Shown here in pieces: positions 8,537-16,347 of a DNA stretch of 64,000 nucleotides (the stretch's first letter is position 1; each line of letters opens with the position of its first letter). Source of the DNA: Bacteroidales bacterium (lineage in GTDB: Bacteria; Bacteroidota; Bacteroidia; Bacteroidales; JAQUTK01); assembly GCA_963677415.2 (NCBI GenBank), contig CAXXFJ010000034.1, positions 22,146 to 86,145 on the forward strand, given 5' to 3'. Position numbers and translations under genes: made by a program. The notes beneath the pieces are model-generated. The model was not told where the DNA came from. It saw only the letters and a program-made list of their open reading frames with translations, and ran no database searches.

Positions 8537-11182
8537 ATGAAAAGTAATTTATTCTTATCTCTTTTAGCCGGGATGCTGTTGACAGCAGGGTTGACTCATA
8601 CAACCTTTGCACAGCAAGGATTTGTGCATCCCGGTATGATGCACACGCAGGCTGATTTTGACAGAGTCAAAGCCAAGCTCACTGCAAAGGAATCTCCATA
8701 CGTGGAAGGGTATGCTAAACTAACGGCAAACTCGCATGCTCAACTCACTTATTCTCCGGCTCCAACGAAATGGATTGTGCGAGGGGCTGCTGTGGATGGT
8801 GTAGGGGAAAACTACAGCAGAGCGATGAATGATGCCGCAGCTGCTTATCAGTGCGGGTTGCGCTGGAAGTTGTCCGGAGATAAAAGATATGCGGATAATG
8901 CCGTGAATATCTTGAATCAATGGGCGAATACCTGTGTGTTGGTAACAGGAAATACCAACGGTTCGTTGGCTGCCGGTATCTATGGTTATGAGTTTGCCAA
9001 TGCTGCTGAGTTGGTGCGTGATTATGAGGGATGGGACCGGGAGGATTTCGCTCGTTTCCAGAAGTTCATGCTGGATGTGTTTTATCCTGGCAACAAAGAC
9101 TTCCTGAGAAGAAGACACGGTACTTGTAATACGCATTACTGGTCCAACTGGGGACTTTGTAATGTGCTGTCTGCCATAAGTATCGGAATCTTGTGTGATG
9201 ATGTCTATATCTACAACGAAGCGATGGACTATTTCAAGGAGAACAACTACACCGAACAAATCAACAATCTGGTTTGGTATATGCATGAAGATGCAAGAGG
9301 GCCATTTGGTTATCTGGGACAAATGCAGGAGGCTAACCGCGATCAGGGCCATTGTACCTTGTCTGTTGGTTTCGCTTCAGATATCTGCGAAATAGCATGG
9401 AACCAGGGTGATGATGTGTATAGTGAATTTAACAACAGACTGGCTGCAGGATTTGAATTTGTGGCTTGTTATAACTCCGGAGAAGATGTTCCGGACACTG
9501 CCTATACGACCTGTGAAGGTGAAACTCAGACAGTAGTAAGTAGCTCGGGAAGAGGTAATGTCCGTCCGATATGGAGTAAAGTACTGAACCACTTTGAAAA
9601 TCGCAAGGGTGTCAAAATGAAGTATAGCCGGAAGATGCTGGAAGCTTGTGGCACAGAAGGCGGAGGGGGAGACTATGGACCAAATAGCGGTGGTTTCGAT
9701 GCTCTTGGATTTGGTACGCTCATGTATACTTTGGACTCTTTAGAAGCAGATAAGATTCCAGTAACTATAGAATCACAATATATTTATAAGAATAAGACCT
9801 ATAATCTTGCCGAACGCATTGGTGTTAATATTGGAGATTCTCTGATTCTTTCTCCGCAGCTTCCACTTGATGAAGTGGATACCGGTGATTGGCTTTGGGA
9901 AGATGGAAGTACAGCGCAGGTACGTGTTGTATATCCGGAAAAGAGTTCCATCTATCGTGTGGTATATACCAATTCAAAAGGAGTAAAAACCACTCAGGCA
10001 TACTTCATTGCAGTGAAAGGGGATTGTATTATGCCCGATGTAAAGCCGATTATATCCACTTCTGATGAGACAACTTATACGGGAAAGATGAGGGTGACGC
10101 CTGGTACATCTGTGACGTTGAGCACTTCTGAAAGATACGGGTCATTGAGATGGAGTAATGGTAAGATTTTGACATCCCTGACTTTTAACTCTCTTGCAAA
10201 AGACACCTTGATGAGTGTGCTTTATATAAGTACGGGAGGAGCTAGAACGACTCTGAAGTATGAAGTAAAAGTTTCCGATGTCGTCCCTTATGTTAAGTTA
10301 GGTACAGCTGCCTGGTCGAAAGGAAACTCGGCTATTGTATCGACTATCGGCAGTGTCGAACTGATAGCTCATTCGTATGACGGTAAAGGTACCTGGCAAT
10401 GGAGCTCCGGTGAAACAGATTCTTCAATCGTGCTGAGTGCATTGAAAGAACCTACTATTCGTACAGTATCTTATACGAATAAGGACAACAAAATATTTGT
10501 TGATACTTTTTCCGTGAATGTATATAAGGTAAATTCTACTTTTACCAATGGGGATTACTTTATCAAAAACGCTTTAACAGGAACATACCTGACCAATTCA
10601 GGAGGCGCACCGATGTTCAAATCTTTGAACCTTGCTAATCTTACAGATCAGGGATGGACAATAACTAAGGACGGTACACGATATAAGATTGTTTCAAAGA
10701 AATCGGGCGGTTATCTTAATGAGACTGGAACTTTTGGAACCAATCCATATTACACGGCTTGGAATACTTTCACTCTTTTCAATGAAATAGGAAGTGACTA
10801 TTATGCTATTCAGAACGGAGGAAGCTCTGGTACGGATTTTTGGGGCATCAATAATGGTATTGCGGTGATCGGGAAATACGAGAGTACGCTGACGGGGTTT
10901 CCTTTCGAGCTAGTGCCGTATAACACGAATGTGAATGAGTTAAAGGAAGATGTCTCTGAGAAACCTATGCTGCTTCAGAATCCTGTGTGTGAAGTCGTTT
11001 CTTTTAAAATCAATGCACCTGCTGTCTTTTTACTGACTTCGCTCAATGGACAACTGATTGGTGAATGGAACCTAACGGAAGGTATTCAACGTATTTCAGC
11101 TTCCAACCTGATGGCTGGCACTTACATTGGTACTTTACTAATGAATGGAAAGACTTATTCGTATATATTATTGAAGAAATAG
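8537..11182 (+). CDS. Multidomain alginate-lyase-fold (PF05426-like) protein with three ~85-aa repeats, a beta-trefoil/ricin-like module and a T9SS C-terminal sorting domain
   Basis: Signal peptide, then a ~400-aa alpha/alpha-toroid lyase-like region (HPGMMH..., NRDQGHCTLSVGFASDICEIAWNQGDDVY). Three internal repeats span roughly 9761-10528. A QxW-poor trefoil-like region (YFIKNALTGTYLTN...) spans roughly 10547-10918. The C-terminal ~70 aa (LLQNPVCEVVSFKI...GTYIGTLLMNGKTYSYILLKK) look like a type A Por/T9SS CTD. Confidence 0.8.
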   Translation: MKSNLFLSLLAGMLLTAGLTHTTFAQQGFVHPGMMHTQADFDRVKAKLTAKESPYVEGYAKLTANSHAQLTYSPAPTKWIVRGAAVDGVGENYSRAMNDAAAAYQCGLRWKLSGDKRYADNAVNILNQWANTCVLVTGNTNGSLAAGIYGYEFANAAELVRDYEGWDREDFARFQKFMLDVFYPGNKDFLRRRHGTCNTHYWSNWGLCNVLSAISIGILCDDVYIYNEAMDYFKENNYTEQINNLVWYMHEDARGPFGYLGQMQEANRDQGHCTLSVGFASDICEIAWNQGDDVYSEFNNRLAAGFEFVACYNSGEDVPDTAYTTCEGETQTVVSSSGRGNVRPIWSKVLNHFENRKGVKMKYSRKMLEACGTEGGGGDYGPNSGGFDALGFGTLMYTLDSLEADKIPVTIESQYIYKNKTYNLAERIGVNIGDSLILSPQLPLDEVDTGDWLWEDGSTAQVRVVYPEKSSIYRVVYTNSKGVKTTQAYFIAVKGDCIMPDVKPIISTSDETTYTGKMRVTPGTSVTLSTSERYGSLRWSNGKILTSLTFNSLAKDTLMSVLYISTGGARTTLKYEVKVSDVVPYVKLGTAAWSKGNSAIVSTIGSVELIAHSYDGKGTWQWSSGETDSSIVLSALKEPTIRTVSYTNKDNKIFVDTFSVNVYKVNSTFTNGDYFIKNALTGTYLTNSGGAPMFKSLNLANLTDQGWTITKDGTRYKIVSKKSGGYLNETGTFGTNPYYTAWNTFTLFNEIGSDYYAIQNGGSSGTDFWGINNGIAVIGKYESTLTGFPFELVPYNTNVNELKEDVSEKPMLLQNPVCEVVSFKINAPAVFLLTSLNGQLIGEWNLTEGIQRISASNLMAGTYIGTLLMNGKTYSYILLKK

Positions 11183-11201
11183 ACGTATCATTCTTTAAGG
11201 G

Positions 11202-11243
11202 GATTGCATGTTGACACGTTTTTAAACGGGAAGGCATGCAATC
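11202..11243. terminator. Hairpin between convergent genes (possible terminator)
   Basis: GATTGCATG (11202-11210) pairs perfectly with CATGCAATC (11235-11243). The loop is large (24 nt) and a T-rich stretch follows. Confidence 0.35.
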
Positions 11244-11267
11244 TTCATTTATACAGACTGTATAGCA

Positions 11268-12005
11268 TCAGACCATACTTTCAAGATACGATGAGCAGAA
11301 ACTTTTCAGTTCATCCGAAAGAGAATGGTCATCTTTCACCTTGGGAGTGTTATGATGTGATGGCTTCCAGTAGCCGGGTTCGTATTCCTCTTTACGTAAT
11401 TCATTCATTAGGTTGAAGGAGGTTATCTGATTACCTTTTAGCATTGGGTAGGTGATGAATGTGCGAAATATCAAACCTGACCCTTTTTCTCTAACTCCCA
11501 AAGAAGCACCTTCGCTTGTGATCCCGTGCGCTTCCTCCTCGAATTCATAGGTCCCTTCCGGAAATTTTAAGATCCCATATCTGATGTTTGTGTTATGCTT
11601 GAAGTAGTGACTCCTAAGATCTATACCATCCAAATCGATATCTTTTCGCAGTTTGTATCTAGAGAAGAAATGTGGAGTGTAAAAATAAACTCCGGTAATA
11701 TCTCTGGATTGCTCGTTAAAGACTGGCTTAACTGCGTAATAGCCCGACCTGGTATTCATAAGGCAGTAACATTCTTGCATTAAGTCATTGGCATAATCTC
11801 TGCTGGTTGCATAAGATTCAAGTACCCATTTGTTATTACTTTTGGTTGTATACAGTACTTGTTTGAAGACTATGGGGAACTTATCATGGTTCAATATTTC
11901 TTTTCTCTGCTTGATCTGTTGGCGCTTTTCATAGGCGTGTATTTCCAAATAATCAGTCATAATCTCTCTTCTTCTTTCTGCGTAGGTCATTGTTGGTAAT
12001 ATCAT
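11268..12005 (-). CDS. Hypothetical protein, no recognisable domain (245 aa)
   Basis: Long uninterrupted ORF with an ATG start, its own upstream -7 box, and flanking hairpins on both sides. I recognise no family motif. Confidence 0.6.
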   Translation of the reverse strand: MILPTMTYAERRREIMTDYLEIHAYEKRQQIKQRKEILNHDKFPIVFKQVLYTTKSNNKWVLESYATSRDYANDLMQECYCLMNTRSGYYAVKPVFNEQSRDITGVYFYTPHFFSRYKLRKDIDLDGIDLRSHYFKHNTNIRYGILKFPEGTYEFEEEAHGITSEGASLGVREKGSGLIFRTFITYPMLKGNQITSFNLMNELRKEEYEPGYWKPSHHNTPKVKDDHSLSDELKSFCSSYLESMV

Positions 12006-12067
12006 AGGATAGTCTTGGTTGTATTTGTAATACTCTCCATGATACTGCGGAAAGCTTTCAGTGAGGT

Positions 12068-12075
12068 CAAAGGTA
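12068..12075 (-). promoter_or_regulatory. Bacteroidota -7 promoter box (TAccTTTG on the minus strand) for the orphan gene
   Basis: The plus strand reads CAAAGGTA, ~63 nt upstream of the ATG at 12005. A second overlapping candidate, CAAAAATA, lies at 12079-12086. Confidence 0.4.
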
Positions 12076-12142
12076 GTTCAAAAATATCTGGTAAACGAAT
12101 ATTAGATGAGGGTATGTAACAATGACGTACTAATTAATATAC

Positions 12143-12179
12143 AAAGAGGAACCTTCATTTTTGAAGTAGGTTCCTCTTT
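12143..12179. terminator. Rho-independent terminator after the hybrid kinase gene
   Basis: Perfect 12-bp stem AAAGAGGAACCT (12143-12154) / AGGTTCCTCTTT (12168-12179) with T-rich flanks on both strands. It lies 46 nt past the kinase stop. Confidence 0.65.
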
Positions 12180-12224
12180 GTTTTATAAAATGAACAGCGT
12201 TTTGTATTTGCTGGTGTTATATAT

Positions 12225-15200
12225 TTATTTGTTGAGATATTTATGAATGATCGCCAGTAGCTCAGCTTTACTTACTGGTTTAGCTATGTAATCATCGCAT
12301 CCTGCTCCAAGAGCTATTTCTCTGTCTCCGGATAATCCATAAGCTGTTTGTGCTATGATGATCACTTCCTTGTTGAATTGCCGGATCTGCCGGGTTGCTT
12401 CATATCCGTTCATCTTAGGCATCTGAATATCCATTAATATCAGATCAATGTCCGGGTTAGTACGACTGATTTCAACAGCTTCCAGTCCGTTTTGCGCTTT
12501 AAGAATTGACTTACCAAACATTTTTAGCGCTATCTCAATCAACAATCCCGATACTTCATCATCTTCGGCAATCAATATTTTCAGGTTTTTAACCTGATTA
12601 TTCGCTTTATCAAAAGTAAACTCCTTTGGATGGACTATTAATTCATCCGGTACAGCGTTGTAGGGTAAGGTGAAATAAAATGTCGAACCAATGCCTTCCT
12701 GACTTTCTACCCACATCCTGCCACCCAGCATCTCAACGTATGATCTCGATATGGCTAAGCCAAGCCCTGCTCCTTGTCGTGCTTTATTATCTTCGATATC
12801 GGCTTGAATGAATCGTTCGAAAATAGCTTCCTGCCTTTCTTTTGCAATACCAATCCCTGTGTCTTTGATGTAAAACTCAAGTTCGCCGGGTAGGGTGTCT
12901 TTCTTCAAAATATATCCGAACTCAATGGAACCTTCTTCCGTGTATTTAATTGCATTTTTTACCAGGTTGGTAAGGACGGAATACAATTTCTCACGATCAG
13001 TCTTAATAGTAGCTTCTTTAGCAGGTAAAGAGATCAGGAAGGAAAGCTTCATTCCATTGGCTTCTACCTCGGGTTTGAAAAATGTATAGATGTATTTGAT
13101 CTGTTCGTTGACATTAGACTCTGAGATTGAAACTTTCATTAGCCCGGCTTCTATCTTCGAGATATCAATGATATCGTTGATAATGTTGAGCATGCGTTTG
13201 CCGCTATTCTGTATGATATCAATGTATTTTTGCTGCTCTTCACCAGTAAGATCTTGCTCTTTCAGTATCTCGGCAAACCCCAGAATACCGTTCATCGGGG
13301 TGCGTATTTCGTGGCTCATATTGGCTAGGAAAGCAGACTTCAGACGATCACTTTCTTCAGCGCGTTCTTTGGCGATAATCAAGTCTTCTTCCATGCGCTT
13401 GCGCTCAGATATGTCAAAACAATGACCGATATATCCAATAAAATCACCATTGTTATTGAAATTGGGAGTCCCCAAATCCAAAATCCAGCGGTATTCGCCG
13501 GAATGATGCTTCATGCGGTATTCCATTTCAAACGGGACATGTTTATCAAATGCGGTCACATAAGTGTTTAAGCAGTGATCAAAATCATCGGGATGAACAC
13601 CTTCCGCCCAACCATTACCATATTCCTGCTCTAAGGTACGTCCGGTAAATTTCAGCCAGGGTTCATTGAAATAGGTGCATAACTTATCCGTATTGGATGT
13701 CCAGATCAGAGCCAGGCCTGTGTTGGCTAGGTTACGGTATTGAACTTCTTTTTCGCGTAGTTCATTTTCCGCTTTCTTTCGCTCGGTGATGTCATTCACA
13801 AGCACCGCAAACTGATTCTTTCTAGGGCAATAGGAATAAGTAGAATAGTATCTACCAGTTGTTTCCAGATAGTTTTCGTAATAACATGGTTCGCCTGTTA
13901 ATGCAACTTTACCAAAAACATCTATCCAGTATTGTTCCACTTTAGGCATTACTTCCCTGATACGCCTGCCAATAGACATCTCACGAGTGACCCCTAAAAG
14001 CTTTGTGTACTTTTCGTTGATATCCAGAAACGCATAATCAATGGGAGTCCCGTTTTCATCCGTAATTATTTCGTGGAGAGCCATGCCTTGATCCATCGCG
14101 GTAATCAGTAGTCTGAACTTTTCTTCACTTTCTGCCAACTGTTTTTGTGCGGCATACTTCTCTGTTACATCGGAAAAGACCAGAACAACACCGTTAACTT
14201 CACCTTCTTTGTTTTTAATAGGTGCAGCACTATCGGCAATCTGATATTCAGCCCCATCTTTTGATAGTAATGCGGTATGATTGGCAAGGCCGACAATCTC
14301 ACCATTTTCCAACACTTTTTTTACCGGGTTGGCCACCTGTTCGCGGGTTTCCGCATTGACGATACAAAAGACCTCAGTCAAAGGTTTTCCTGAAGCATCA
14401 GCTAAGTTCCAGCCGCAAAGCTTCTCGGCAACAGGATTCATGTGAACAATCAAACCATGTATATCCGTTGAGATAACACCATCGCCAATCGAATTGAGAG
14501 TGATGGATAAGCTTTCCTCACTTTTCAGCAATGCCTCTTCTGCTTTCTTACGTTCGGTGATGTCATTCACAAGCACTGCAAACTGATTCTTTTTCGGACT
14601 ATAGGAATAGGTAGAATAATATTTCCCATTTGTCTCAAAATAGTTTTCAAAATAACTAGGTTTACCTGTCAACGCGACTTTACCATAGTTGTCAATCCAG
14701 TATTGTTCCACATTTGGCATAACTTCTTTAACCCGCTTACCAATTATTTGTTCACGTGTGACCCCTACAAGTCGGGTATAACTATCATTGATATCCAGAA
14801 ATACATAATCAGTAGGGGTTCCGTTTTCGTCTGTAATTATTTCGTGAAGAGCCATACCCTGATCCATAGCGGTAATAAGGAGTCTGAATTTCTCTTCACT
14901 TTCTTTCAACTGTTTTTGTGCGGCATACTTCTCTGTCACATCTGAGAAAACCAGAACCACCCCACTAATTTTACCTTTTTCATTTTTGATGGGGGCAGCA
15001 CTATCGGCAATCTGGTATTCGCTTCCATCTTTTGAAATCAAAGCGGTATGATTGGCTAGTCCGACTACTTCGCCGTTTTCCAACACTTTTCTTACCGGGT
15101 TGGCAACCTCTTCACGGGTTTCTGCATTGACAATATGAAAGACCTCGGATAATGGCTTGCCTATGGCTTCATTTAAAGTCCAGCCACAAAGCTTTTCGGC

Positions 15201-16124
15201 AACAGGATTCATGTGAACAATCAGACCATGTATGTCCGTTGAAATAACACCATCACCAATCGAGTTGAGGGTGATGGATAAGCTTTCCTCGCTCTTCAGG
15301 AGTTTTTCTTCTGCCAGTTTGCGCTCGGTCATATCCATCGTGTAACCCGCCAGAAGCTTCTTATCACCAAGTGAAATGGGGTATTTTGTGGTCAGGAAGA
15401 AATGGTTATTAAATTCCTCCTCTAACTGAATAACCTCACCGTTTGAAACAACAGTCCAGTCATCAGCCGATATCTTTTTAGCAAATTGCGCAGGATAGAG
15501 TTCATGCATCGTTTTTCCTATCATCTCGTTACCTGGAATACCTATCATTTCTTTGAAATTCTCACTGGCTTTCAGTACCCTGCTTTCTGTTGGTGATACT
15601 TCTTTGATATAAGAATAGATGGGAGAGAATTTCAGATAAGAAGATAGCAGTCCTTCGCTAATGCGTATTGCTTCTTCTGCCAGTTTACGTTCGCTAATAT
15701 CTCTTGCTACTGAATGAAAAATGGTTTTATTTCTGAATCGGGTGATGTTGGTACTTAATTCTATCGGAATTATCCTTCCGTCTTTCGCTACATACTCTGT
15801 TTCTAATACGGGATGTTTCCTTTCTATTACCGTTTGAACTCGTGAGTTCAAACCCTGTTTTGCCTTTTCGGAATTAAGATCAAAAGGAGATTTCAATAAT
15901 AATTCTTCTCTTGTATAACCTAGCAGTTGACAAGCAATATCATTTACCATGATAAAATTGCTTATAGTTCCGTCATCCTTTAATTCTGCAGTAAACAGAG
16001 CATCATGAATACTTTCGTACAGCATCCGATACGTTGCTTCGCTTTCTTCTGCTCGTTCTTTGGCCAATTGCAACTCATCGTTGATTTGTGCAAATTGGTG
16101 CTTGGTTTTCTTACGATCATCCAT
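12225..16124 (-). CDS. Hybrid sensor histidine kinase/response regulator with ~7 PAS domains (1299 aa)
   Basis: Repeated PAS/PAC modules are followed by the H-box (FLANMSHEIRTPMNGILGF), the N/G1/G2 boxes (NLVKNAIKYT, DTGIGI, GAGLGLAISR) and a C-terminal receiver domain (ILIAEDD...LILMDIQMPKMNG...K). There are no TM helices, so it is predicted to be cytoplasmic. Confidence 0.93.
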   Translation of the reverse strand: MDDRKKTKHQFAQINDELQLAKERAEESEATYRMLYESIHDALFTAELKDDGTISNFIMVNDIACQLLGYTREELLLKSPFDLNSEKAKQGLNSRVQTVIERKHPVLETEYVAKDGRIIPIELSTNITRFRNKTIFHSVARDISERKLAEEAIRISEGLLSSYLKFSPIYSYIKEVSPTESRVLKASENFKEMIGIPGNEMIGKTMHELYPAQFAKKISADDWTVVSNGEVIQLEEEFNNHFFLTTKYPISLGDKKLLAGYTMDMTERKLAEEKLLKSEESLSITLNSIGDGVISTDIHGLIVHMNPVAEKLCGWTLNEAIGKPLSEVFHIVNAETREEVANPVRKVLENGEVVGLANHTALISKDGSEYQIADSAAPIKNEKGKISGVVLVFSDVTEKYAAQKQLKESEEKFRLLITAMDQGMALHEIITDENGTPTDYVFLDINDSYTRLVGVTREQIIGKRVKEVMPNVEQYWIDNYGKVALTGKPSYFENYFETNGKYYSTYSYSPKKNQFAVLVNDITERKKAEEALLKSEESLSITLNSIGDGVISTDIHGLIVHMNPVAEKLCGWNLADASGKPLTEVFCIVNAETREQVANPVKKVLENGEIVGLANHTALLSKDGAEYQIADSAAPIKNKEGEVNGVVLVFSDVTEKYAAQKQLAESEEKFRLLITAMDQGMALHEIITDENGTPIDYAFLDINEKYTKLLGVTREMSIGRRIREVMPKVEQYWIDVFGKVALTGEPCYYENYLETTGRYYSTYSYCPRKNQFAVLVNDITERKKAENELREKEVQYRNLANTGLALIWTSNTDKLCTYFNEPWLKFTGRTLEQEYGNGWAEGVHPDDFDHCLNTYVTAFDKHVPFEMEYRMKHHSGEYRWILDLGTPNFNNNGDFIGYIGHCFDISERKRMEEDLIIAKERAEESDRLKSAFLANMSHEIRTPMNGILGFAEILKEQDLTGEEQQKYIDIIQNSGKRMLNIINDIIDISKIEAGLMKVSISESNVNEQIKYIYTFFKPEVEANGMKLSFLISLPAKEATIKTDREKLYSVLTNLVKNAIKYTEEGSIEFGYILKKDTLPGELEFYIKDTGIGIAKERQEAIFERFIQADIEDNKARQGAGLGLAISRSYVEMLGGRMWVESQEGIGSTFYFTLPYNAVPDELIVHPKEFTFDKANNQVKNLKILIAEDDEVSGLLIEIALKMFGKSILKAQNGLEAVEISRTNPDIDLILMDIQMPKMNGYEATRQIRQFNKEVIIIAQTAYGLSGDREIALGAGCDDYIAKPVSKAELLAIIHKYLNK
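13788..15329 (-). repeat. In-frame tandem duplication (2 x 771 bp, each encoding a PAS-PAS pair) inside the kinase gene
   Basis: Residues 266-522 and 523-779 align without gaps. By manual count about 41 of 257 positions differ. The nucleotide copies are 14559-15329 and 13788-14558. Confidence 0.9.
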
Positions 16125-16347
16125 AATAAAGTACCTTTAAAACAGTGAATATTTTACAAAGGTGCCGTGCGGAATAACGGCAGGAAAGCACACATCATAT
16201 AGTTTGTTGCGAAGATATATATTAATTTCATTTTTAAGCTATATTCTTTCATAATTTTCATTTTTGGTCTGTTTCCAGAGTATTAAGTCCCTCTATTTTG
16301 CTGAAAAGATTCTATCTGTCAGAGTTCTACTATACAATAACACCCTT

